Of a stretch of DNA of 64,000 bases, positions 53,344-64,000 are shown in pieces. Position 1 is the stretch's first letter; each line of letters opens with the position of its first letter. The notes beneath the pieces are model-generated. The model was given only the letters and a program-made list of their open reading frames with translations. It did no database searches and was not told the DNA's origin. The stretch is from Neoconidiobolus thromboides FSU 785 (lineage: Eukaryota > Fungi > Entomophthoromycota): assembly GCA_025603075.1 (NCBI GenBank), contig MU626271.1, positions 134,785-198,784 of the forward strand, given 5' to 3'. The position numbers and the translations under genes were made by a program.

Positions 53344-53988
53344 GTAATAGGACTTATATTGGTAATATTATGGTCGATGTTGTATGGTTTGAAAATAAAA
53401 ATAAAAATATAGAGTGATAACTATTTTTATTAAAATATCAATAAAGCTAGTGAAATTTTTTTGAATAATAGTAATTTCAAGCTATTCTAACTCTATCAAG
53501 AACAAAATTTCAACAGCAAATAATTCATTTTAATTAAGATTGTAGACAAAAGTGGACAAAGTTAAAAAATAGATAATCAAAATAATTTGTTTTAGTAAAA
53601 ATTCTTTAGATTCATGTTAAAACTTTATTAATTTTGATTTAGAATTCTTATTGAAAAATTGAATCTCCATTTAAACATGTTTTTTTTAAGAGAAACATAA
53701 TAGTTTAAAATATTAAATTGATATCTCTTCTTTATTAAAAAAGTAACAAATTGAATATTTGAATTTAAAAAAATTCGAGTTACTTATTATTTATTATAAA
53801 ATTTTAGTACTACTATAATCTAAGTTTTGATTTGCATTCATTAATAACTACTTTTTTGCAATAAGATAGAAACTTGGACTTTAATTGGCTCTTTTTTCTA
53901 ATTATGAAATTTTAATCCATAAGATCATAAAACTCAAAAACATAAACTAATATTTTGATTTTAAAAAAACGACAAATTTCAATAAAAG

Positions 53989-54924
53989 ATGGGTTTTGAA
54001 GATGAATGGGAGGTAAATGATAACAGTGTTTGATTGAATGATTATACTAATTTGAATCATTTGTATTATTATTTTAGTCTGTTTATGAATTAACGAATGA
54101 TAAAAAACGAAAATATACTACCATCTTAACGGAAGATATTAAGAATAATAACCCATTTTTTACTATTTGGTCAAGTATTGAGGGGGAATTATTGGTACTT
54201 TTTTGTTTTCATATAAAATAAAAATAAAGAGTAATCAATTGGTAATTAGGACGCTTTATACACTCATCATTCACACAATTTTATGACTATGATAGAAGCA
54301 ATAAATGATATGGAATGGGATATTAATTATCATCAGGGAACACAATTAGAAGAAGCAATTAATAGGTAAATCATTATTCATTATTTATTATTTAGTCAAT
54401 TAATAATAGTAATAATAATAATTCTCACTTTCTTCTTTTATTAGTATCACTGGATTAAAAGTATATAATATTAATACAGGAAGCCAACAATGGGATAGTG
54501 ATTTATTGTATTTACAATTAATCCAAGTAATTGAAGAAAATTGTAATTATGAATGTTTTATTGCTGATGTTCAAAAAGAAAATTATGATATTAATTTTGA
54601 ACAATTAATGAGTTGTGTAAATAGTTGGGAGAAATTGAAATTTAAGGTTGATAAAATTAGAACTTTGAGTGAATTGTTGGATTGATGTTTTTTTTAGGGA
54701 GATGAAGAAGTAAATAGTTTATTGGAATTTAAGGATAAATATCATCAAGTGGTCAATAATACAAATGAAAATAATAAAGGTAATTTAGAATAAATAAGTA
54801 AATGAAATAATAAATATTAATTAATACTTTTTAAATACTAGATTTATTTATTGTGTTAATAAGAGATAGTTCAAGAATTGATAATAAAGAATTGAATGAT
54901 TTTTTAAGAATATTAAAGTAAGTC

Positions 54925-54996
<72 letters not shown>

Positions 54997-56674
54997 TTAT
55001 TTATTTATTTATTTATTTTATTTATATAGTTCATACAATAATTCATTACCTCTATTAATAATGATGTCACAAAATTTAGGAAGTTCAATTAATAATCTAA
55101 TTAATGATGATTTAATCTATAATTTATCTATTGAATCATTTAATTGGTTAGATGCTAATCAAAGTTTAAATATTGTAATTGAAAATGTAAGTAATAAATT
55201 AATAATAATAATAAATTAATATTAACATTTTTAATAGTATTTTATAACAAATCCAAAAGGAATTCGATTAAGTCCAAGAATGTTTAATTGGATTGTTGAA
55301 AATTTCATGGATTTAAATCATTCAATTAAAAGTTTTTTAAATGTACTAAAGGTAAATAATATTTTATATTTATTATATTAAGTTAATTTATTCTAATTTA
55401 TTATTTATAATATATTTTATATAGTTTATTCATATGGAATATTTTTATTGTAACCCATTAAATCAATTTTATATTTATGATATTAAGGATATTAATAAGA
55501 TTCATGAATTGAAATTAAATAAGGAAGATATTTATAGATTAAGAAGTTTAAATAGTGTTAAATTATATATTGAAAATAAGATAGAAAGTATCTTAAACAA
55601 AAAGAATAAGAAAGAAGAGAATAATAATGAATTAATTAAAAAAGAAAAAGAAAAATTAAATCAATTAATGAAAGATAATAATTATTTTATAAATGAATTA
55701 TTAATACCAAGTATTAAGGAATATTTAATATATCAACAAAAATACCCCAACTTAATTCAATGTTTATTAATAATAATCAACTATTTAAAATTAAATCAAA
55801 TAACTTTAATTGAAATTTATTATCAATTGTTAATGAATAAATTAATAGATTCAAGTTTTTATTTAAATAATATACATCATAATCAACATGATCTTGATTT
55901 ATATGAATGTGAAGTATTTATTGAAAATTTAGCTCAGACAACAATTCATGATGATGATATTCAAGAAAATATAATTGAATTAAGAAATGAATTAGAGAAA
56001 AATGAAGATGAAAATAAATTGAAATTAAAATTAAAGATTTTATTGAAAAAATTAATTGATTATTTAAAGTAAGTTTATTTTAAATATTATTTTAAAAAAA
56101 AGATTGATTTTATTTTATAGTACTAATTTTCAACCTCAAAATGAATTTTTATTTTATGAATTATTTATATTTGATAATTTAGGATTAATACAAAAGGTAA
56201 AATAGATAAAGAATATAATAATTAGAAATTAAATTAAATTAAATTAGAATTTCTTATTACATTTTTCCAATAATATTAATTTTGCAATTAAACAAGAAGA
56301 AATGTATTATCCAGTTGAAACCCCAATTAATGACATGAAATTATGTTTTAATTTGTATTTAGAAGCTGGTTATTTAATTAATATTAATGATTGGTTAAAA
56401 GCATATACATTTTTATTAAAAAAACAAATATCATTAATAGAACCAAAAATTGAATTAGAAGAAGAAGAAATTAAGTAAGTTAAATTAATTATTATTTATT
56501 ATTTATTATTTATTTATTATTTATTTATTATAAATTTAATATTAATGAATGAATTATATTTTATTTTTTAGTGCTCGATTTTGTCATTGTTTAAATGAAT
56601 TAAAATTTCTTGGTTTTATTAAATATAGTAAAAAGAAAACAGATCACGTTCAAAAATTAATTTGGATTAAATAA
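53989..56674 (+). CDS. ORC3: Origin recognition complex subunit 3
   Basis: Multi-exon; C-terminal winged helix [18 protein letters not shown]...[31 protein letters not shown]; MEYFYCNPL; exon boundaries approximate. Confidence 0.88.
54925..54996. repeat. (AAT)24 microsatellite in an ORC3 intron, followed by (TTTA)n
   Basis: Direct reading. Confidence 0.95.
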
Positions 56675-56747
56675 AAATATTAAATATTAAATAGCAGTTA
56701 AATATATTTAATATTATTATTTAATTATTTAATAATTTAATATTAAT

Positions 56748-56798
56748 TTATTTTATTATTTTCCTACTATTAATTCTTAAATCAATAATTTCAAATGA

Positions 56799-56834
<36 letters not shown>

Positions 56835-58416
56835 ATTAACATGTCCTAATGAATTGACATTTTGATTACAATCAATAAACAATTTATCATTCATTCCAAT
56901 CTCATGAGGATGAAACATACTTTTTTCTTTACAATTTGAAATAATTGGCATTCCAGGTGGATCAGTTAATCTAAAAGTACCAAAATTAGGTTGAAATTTA
57001 GGTGAACAAACAATAGCAATAGATTCAGATAACATTAATTGAAAAGGATAATGAGTGTGTAAATCAACAGATGATAAGAAACAAGATTGAGTTGGATGAG
57101 TATGAATCCATCCTAATAATAACCATTCATTTTCATCAATTAAATGATACCATTTTTCTTCATTAATCATAATACAACTATCACTTGTTCCAATTTGTTC
57201 TGGTATTATTAAACTTTTTAAATAAAATTCATTATGAATTAAGCTTCCACTTAATAATCCACATGTTTCTATGTTGTTAATTGTGTTTTCATTTGCTATT
57301 TTTAGAAATTGATCAATTAGCTTAGGATTAAGATTAATCTTTCGTAATGGTAATCCACTTTCATTATAATAAACTATATAATTTAATACAATATTTATTA
57401 ATTGAGATTAAAATTATGAAATATAATAAATAAAACTTACTATTCATGAAACTACTATTACTCTCTTTCACTTTTTTATTTTCATTTATTAACTCCAATT
57501 CTTTAGGTGGTATAGGAGGTGGACTAGGTAATACATCAAAAATGGCTGATATTGGATTTCTTTTATTTGTATTTAAATCTTGATTATTATTAACTTGTTT
57601 CAAATGATTTTTCATTAATAATTGAACATGATCATATGGTTTATCTTGGCTATTATCTTCAATTTCTAATTGTTTTCTTAAATTATATTCATTATTTCCT
57701 TCTAATTTGAAACTGAAATTAGGTAAAGCATCTGCTACAGACCAATTAGGATCATAATCCTGTTTTTTGTTATTCTTTATATTTATTTCATTCTGTTTAC
57801 TTATACTTTCGTTACTATTCCTTTGAATATTTTCCTCATTTAGACCATTAATATCTTTACTCTCTTCCTCCCTTCTATTATGAAATTGAGTATATTTCCA
57901 TTGATTAAGTTTATTAATATATTCTTTATATCTCTCTTCCAATATTGGTTTAATGATTTCTAATCTTTCTAATGCTTTAATGCCATCTTTTTTTGCTTCT
58001 TTTAATAAATTATTAGTTTTACTATTATTATATTCAGGATGTTTAGGAATTTCGCGAATTATTAAACTAAATAAATATAAAAAATTAATATTTTATTTAT
58101 TACTAATGATTAATTATTAATCAATAATTTACTTTGCTACTTTCATATAATAAATATAACTTTTAATTAAATCTGATTCTTTATAATAAATATCACCCTA
58201 GTTTAATTAATTTTTAATTTTTAATTTTTAATTTTCTATTAATTATAATATAACATAAAAATAACTTACCTGTCTCATCAATAATTTAATACTTCTTAAA
58301 TTTAAACTTAAGGAAAATTTCAATTCTATTTTAACTTTAGATAATTGATTTAAATCTCGAATACTTAACACACGTTCATCCGATGAAGGATTGAAGTTAG
58401 TTGTTGTTGAATTCAT
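56748..58416 (-). CDS. AMSH: AMSH/STAMBP-like JAMM deubiquitinase (S. pombe Sst2-like)
   Basis: NTINNIETCGLLSG, IIPEQIGTSDSCIMINEE, JAMM motif GWIHTHPTQSCFLSSVDLHTH, FRLTDPPG, Zn site CKEKSMFHPH; N-terminal USP8-like segment. Confidence 0.93.
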
Positions 58417-59805
58417 TTTGATGATTATTTTTTATGTATTTGATAAGCAACTTTCGCTTTCTTAAGAAACAAGGATGATTTTAATAACAAAAAACAAATA
58501 GAATGCTAGTGTTGGACTAAAGTTTGAACTTGAAATTAAAATGTTTGGCTCATATAAAAAAGCGTCACAATTGAAACTGGATCCAATTAACGCCAAGCAG
58601 TAAATGAACAAGTGGAAAATAAATGAAATTTTTAGCATTGCTTTTTTAATGGCAATTTTTAGAGCCAAATTATTGGTCAACTAATTTTCTTAAAGTCTAA
58701 TTTTATTTTTGAGCTAAACTTGGATTTTTTTTAAAGTAACTGATTAGGTTGTAAAAAAGCTGCAACAATTATAATCAGCACAATAGAAAAAATAGTTAAC
58801 AATTTAATATCAAAAATGATTGATAATGAGTGCTGTATAGGGAAGATAAAGTGTCCAAAGCTATTTTATTTTAATGTTTTATTTGATAAAATTAAAGTAT
58901 TTGAATCCATGCTTTATATGAGCTATTATCCATCAACTGCATTAAGAACATACATGTTCATTGATTTGTTAAAAATTGAATAATGTTCTTTTGGAAATTT
59001 CAACCTTAAAAAATGAACAAAAGAATCTAAAAAACACTTTGACTTTGAATTTCTTAAAATTTTCAACATTAAAAAATTCCTTTCATATTTGAGGCATTTA
59101 ATAAAAAAAAAAGGGAAAAAAATAATCAATAATAGACCATAAATTGAACTTATATTAAATAAATAGTTAAAATTTTTAAAAGTTATTATATGAAATAAAA
59201 ATAAAATGAGCATTATTCAAAATTTTGTATTTATAGTATATTTTTATGTTGTATTTTTATGTTGTGTTTTTATATTGTGTTTTTATATTTATTTTTATAT
59301 TTATTTTATATTATTTTTTATCAATATTGATTATTAAATAAACAAACAAATAAATAAATAAATAAAAGTTAAAAAATTTATGAAGCTAATCTGTTACTCA
59401 ATATTAATTAATGATTTGAAGCTAACTAAATTAAAGCTTTAATAAATAGTATTATTAAAAATAAATTAAAAATTACAAATATTTTAATTTAATTATAAAA
59501 AACTATTATATTAAGGTTTTTGAAGTTAAGTTTATTTATAAAAAAATTTAATATATAGAAATATTTAAAATAATTTAAATTTAAAAAGCTTAAAATTAAG
59601 TCTTTTTGTTTAATTCAAAAAACTTTTTTATTTTATTTTATTTTATTTTTTTTAATAATTAACCTTTTTATAAATTTCATATTATTCTTATTAAATATTT
59701 AATAGATATATAATATACAAATATATAGCTGTTTAACTTTATTCTTTATTAAAATAAAAACAAAACACGAGCTTTTATCAAATTTTACTTTAAAAATTTT
59801 AATAT

Positions 59806-59903
59806 GGGGATGCATTTTTGTGTCTAACAATTTTACTAACAATTTTTCCACTTAAATAGCGCTTGGAAGGTGGAAAAGTAATGAAGCCAAAAAAAACATC
59901 CCC
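59806..59903 (+). mobile_element. 98-bp MITE copy 20
   Basis: ATAT/ATAT. Confidence 0.9.
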
Positions 59904-60325
59904 ATATAATAAAAAAAGATACTATTTAAATATTATAATTGATTTAAATTGATTTCGACAACTATTCATAATAATCTAGGGTTTATACAATTTTATAATA
60001 AAATAATAAATAATTATTAGAATTTATTATTGATAAGAATAAACTTAACTAGGCAGTATATAAGATTAATACTTTAAAAAAAACAGGAAATAAAAACAAC
60101 AAATACCATTATTATCAATTGTAACTTTAATCTATTTTTTAATAAATATAAAAGTTTTAGATTTAATATAAATAGAAATTGATCTAGCTGTTTGAAAATA
60201 ATAATAATAAAATACTAATTTTATAATTCATTAAAATTAAAATTAAAATTAAAAATGAGCAAATTAAAATTATTGTATAATATTTATCTAATAATTCAGC
60301 TGTTTTATCAAGGTTTGATAAAAAC

Positions 60326-60756
60326 TGTGAAATATCGCTTTGTTAACTTCATGGTTAACTATGGCATAATAATCGCCTAAGCTGTTGTGTTCTCAAGTTC
60401 AGAGGAAACCAATCCCATGCTCTTATTTTAGTTTGATATAAGAGTTTCTATCTTCGTCCCAAACAATATTATTTCCCGATTCCCTGATATCTATACTTAT
60501 TAGGGTATAAATGATATCCTAGAACATAGTAACTCGAGACTTTTTAACTGAGCTATTCCCTAGTATCTCATATATTTAATAAAGCCATTGAATTTTTTTA
60601 ATAGTATTTTACATAGATTTTGGATTATTATTGTCTATTGTATTTCTCTTCCATAGTTCATAATTCAAGTCTATCTTAGTCAAATAAACTAAGACCTTTC
60701 AACTTACAGTATAGTCAATTAGGCAGTAGCTGTTTTTGACTGCAATCACCGAGTAC
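60326..60756 (-). repeat. Degenerate ~430-bp dispersed repeat (family B), copy B
   Basis: Reverse-complement homolog of 6468-6919. Confidence 0.85.
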
Positions 60757-60948
60757 TAGATTTCACAAAGCTTTTAATCATGAAACCATCGCTATGGTTA
60801 TTTTATTAAATATAGTTATTAATAGTATTTAGTTATAATTTCTTAGTTTTAAATTTTACTATAATCTTGTTTATTAACACATTTTTTATAATAATACTCT
60901 AAAAAAATAAATGATTTATACTGTTTAAAATTTAAAAATAATTAAAAC

Positions 60949-60988
<40 letters not shown>

Positions 60989-61405
60989 TATTAATTATTG
61001 ATATTGATATCAATCAGCTTATATTATAAATTTATTATTAAATCTATCAAACTTTTTAATATTTCTTTATCAATTTTTAATTTTTTAGCTTAATTTTAAG
61101 TTTAGTTTTTTTGATTATTAATAAATTGTTTGCTGCTATAATTATATTATGTAATTTACTTGTATATTAACCAATTAAGTTTGTTATTATATTAGACTTA
61201 TATTATGTATTTTTTGTTTTTATTTATATTTTATTTATGTTTTATTTTATTTAACTTTATAATGTTTATTTAATTTAGTAAAGAATATTATTAACAGATC
61301 AAAAAATAATAATAATAAGACTATTAATAAGAAAATTAGACCAGAGTTTAATTTTACCTTTAAAAATAAATATAATAAAAACAACTTAAATTTTATTTAT
61401 TATAT

Positions 61406-61503
61406 AGGAGTGTTTTTTTGACTTCATTATTTTTTCCATTTTTTGAGCGCTATTTAAGGGAAAAATTTGTTAGTAAAATTCTTAAATACAAAAATATATC
61501 CCC
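61406..61503 (-). mobile_element. 98-bp MITE copy 21
   Basis: ATAT/ATAT; inverted partner of copy 22. Confidence 0.9.
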
Positions 61504-61706
61504 ATATAATAAAATTACCAAAAATATTAATTTATAATAAAAATATAGTTATATATATTAAATAACTGATTTTGTTTAATTGTTTTATACTCTTTATATT
61601 TTTATATTCTTCATTTAATAATATAATTATGACTTTTTTAAAAACAATTATAAAAAACAAAAACAATAGAAATTAAAAAAATAAAAATTAATTAATCTAA
61701 AAATAT

Positions 61707-61804
61707 GAGGATGTATTTTTGTGCTTAAGAATTCTACTAACAATTTTCCACTCAAATAGCATTTAAAAGATGGAAAAAGTAATGAAGTCAAAAAAAACAC
61801 TCCT
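61707..61804 (+). mobile_element. 98-bp MITE copy 22
   Basis: ATAT/ATAT. Confidence 0.9.
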
Positions 61805-62363
61805 ATATTTTAATTTAAAAATACTTATAATTACTTTATTAACTTTAGCTTGTTTCATGCTTTTGTAATTTAAAAGTTAATTATTGAGTTCGAATTTTAC
61901 AATAAATAAATAAAACTTTAAATCTTACATAAAAAGTAGACTATTTTATTTAAACTTAATTTATAATATAATTTATTTTTATGAAGTCAAATTTTGGATA
62001 ATGTGAATAAATTTATAATAAAAATTTATTGTTTTTTTATTTTTTATTTTTTATTTTTTATTTAATAATATAAACTAATAAATACAAAAAATAAAAGTAA
62101 GAGAATAATATAATATAAATAACAGCTATAAAATGCTTATGTAAGCTAAAAAGCATTTTAAAATAAAGTTAAAGATTTTAAAAAATTTTAAAAAATAAAA
62201 TGTTACACAGTTAAGTAAGGGTATTAATATTACTTCTCAATCTAAATCAAGTTTATAGCTATTTATTTAGTGTTGATATATTTCAAAAAAAAAACTAATA
62301 TTAATATATGGAATTTTATAATAGATAAAACATATAGTTTATTGTTATGTAGATTTGAGCCAG

Positions 62364-62446
62364 TGTGAAGACATGGTTCATTTGCTAAATTACTAACAGG
62401 CTGTTTCTAATTGTTAGCAATTGGGCAAATAGACTATCCCCTCATA
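62364..62446. repeat. Imperfect hairpin (family C)
   Basis: ATTTGCTAAATTACTAACA (62380-62398) pairs with TGTTAGCAATTGGGCAAAT (62412-62430) at 16/19. Confidence 0.55.
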
Positions 62447-62731
62447 CTAGTTCATAAATTTAGATATATGTTAAACATAAAATTATTGTAAGTTTATCTT
62501 AATTAGTTTTACATTATCAAGTTTGTTCAGGTCTAACTATTTGCTAGTACATTAATGTTAATATACCTTAGACATAAATTCACATTACTTGGTCTATTTC
62601 ATATTAAACATCATACTTTTAGTCAAAACTGTTAAAAAAAATGACATTTGATGTGAAACAGACCGAGTATATTAACTGTATATAATATTTTATCATTTAT
62701 GATCCATATATTGATTTAATAATGTTTAAAT

Positions 62732-62854
62732 GAGGGAGTAGTGGGCATAAACAATTTAAGAATATTTTCCCAATTTACTAACAAGTTTTGTAGTATTTAT
62801 GAATTTACCAATAGTTGGGCAAATGCTCACCTCACTTATACCCATTGCTCCCTT
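62732..62854. mobile_element. Possible second MITE family (family C), 123 bp
   Basis: 19-bp TIRs 15/19 complementary (GAGGGAGTAGTGGGCATAA / TTATACCCATTGCTCCCTT); internal motif shared with the 62364 hairpin; no perfect TSD. Confidence 0.4.
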
Positions 62855-63218
62855 ATTTTATATATTGTGAAATTTTCTTTTTAAATTCATCAAAAAGGGC
62901 AGTTTTAGAGTTGAACAATCACCAATAAGAATCCCGCTTTAAGCCTAATGATGCTAGCAAAAAAATAGGTTTTACCTAACATTGAAAAAACCTCAAGATA
63001 TTTATTTGTACAATATAAGTTTATATTTTATTGTAATTAGAAAATTAGAAAAAGAAATTAAAAAGAATATTATATTAAATACAACAAAGAGAAACAAAGC
63101 ATATGATGAAGCTTTATAGACCATTTTGTATATAGAATAAACATATATTAGTTTAATATATTGAATTACTATAATATTTATCCCTTAGAAAGTGGTTTTG
63201 TTTCAACGATTGCGAAAT

Positions 63219-63385
63219 TGTCTACGTAATTTACTTATTTTTACTTCACCCTAAGTTTCCAACCAATAAAAGTTAACTTAAAACAAGGGATAAAGTAAAA
63301 AACAAGGATCAATATTCAAATTACGAAAGCATGTAAAGGAATCAAGGAATCATTAACTAATCTAAGTAATAGATGTCTACGTAAT
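63219..63385 (+). promoter_or_regulatory. Duplicated TGTCTACGTAAT motif in the promoter of the Q-rich gene
   Basis: Identical 12-mers at 63219-63230 and 63374-63385; TATATAAA at 63403. Confidence 0.4.
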
Positions 63386-63470
63386 ACAAGTGAAAAATAA
63401 GATATATAAACAATGAGAGTTCTCCGATATATACTTAGAATTCAGATTCATAACTAAAATACAAATACAA

Positions 63471-64000
63471 ATGTCTTTCTTAAACCAATACTCTCCAGTT
63501 AACCAAACTTTTGGTCAAAACCCAGAAACTCAAAACCTTCACCAAGTTTCTCAAACCCTTGAAAACGTACAACGTCAAATCCAACAAGAACAATACCAAC
63601 CATCCCACCCACAACAATCCCGCCAAACTAACGAACAAGTTCACCATCACGTTGAACAAGCTCGTCAATTAGTACAACAAGCTATCCAACAAAACCAACA
63701 ACGTCAATACCAAACCCAAAACCCAATTGAACGTCAACAAGTTCAACAAAAAGAACAACAATTATACCAACTTGCTCAAATCAAAGACCAAATCCGTCAA
63801 CTTGTACAACAACGTCTTTACTCTAATGACCAATTCACCAACCAACAAGTTAAACAACAAATCCAACAATTAGTCCAAGTTGCTAAACAAACCATCCAAA
63901 AATTGATCCAACAATCCCAATTCCAAGGACAAGGTATTCACGGACAATCCCCATTCCAAACCCAAGGTACCTGGGGTCAATCTCCATTCCAAACCCAAGG
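63471..64000 (+). CDS. Glutamine-rich protein with C-terminal tandem repeats, truncated by the window end
   Basis: AAA-ATG at 63471, open for 176 codons to the end of the window; about 60 Gln (all CAA); GQSPFQTQGTW repeat begins at 63942. Confidence 0.85.
   Translation, partial: MSFLNQYSPVNQTFGQNPETQNLHQVSQTLENVQRQIQQEQYQPSHPQQSRQTNEQVHHHVEQARQLVQQAIQQNQQRQYQTQNPIERQQVQQKEQQLYQLAQIKDQIRQLVQQRLYSNDQFTNQQVKQQIQQLVQVAKQTIQKLIQQSQFQGQGIHGQSPFQTQGTWGQSPFQTQ

Noticed and set aside
58462-59213. Possible decayed multi-pass membrane gene on the minus strand
   Set aside because: Hydrophobic ORF pieces could not be joined by credible splice sites, and AT-rich DNA yields such ORFs by chance.

Overview
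AT-rich, intron-rich eukaryotic DNA with short (~45-60 nt) GT-AG introns and CTAAY branch points. The gene content points to an early-diverging fungus; a Zoopagomycota/Conidiobolus-like source is my inference and was not checked. About 22 protein-coding loci are present. They are mostly housekeeping (ELO elongase, Prx5-type peroxiredoxin, Dma1-like FHA-RING, Bsd2-like, kelch, STE-domain and HSF-type transcription factors, LCB2, PAP, DBP3, ATG7, RPS14, ORC3, AMSH), plus three diverged MFS-like paralogs, a small Cys-rich secreted protein, a GPI-type S/T-rich protein and a truncated glutamine-rich repeat protein that the ORF track missed. The main unexplained structure is a ~98-bp MITE-like element in 22 full-length intergenic copies (about one per 3 kb). 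It has ~15-bp TIRs (GGGGATGT...ACATCCCC) and a 4-bp A-N-N-T target duplication, and one copy has an empty paralogous site. It also contains an intron-like GT/CTAAC/YAG core, and some copies form near-identical inverted pairs. All calls are from reading the sequence by eye; no searches were run.
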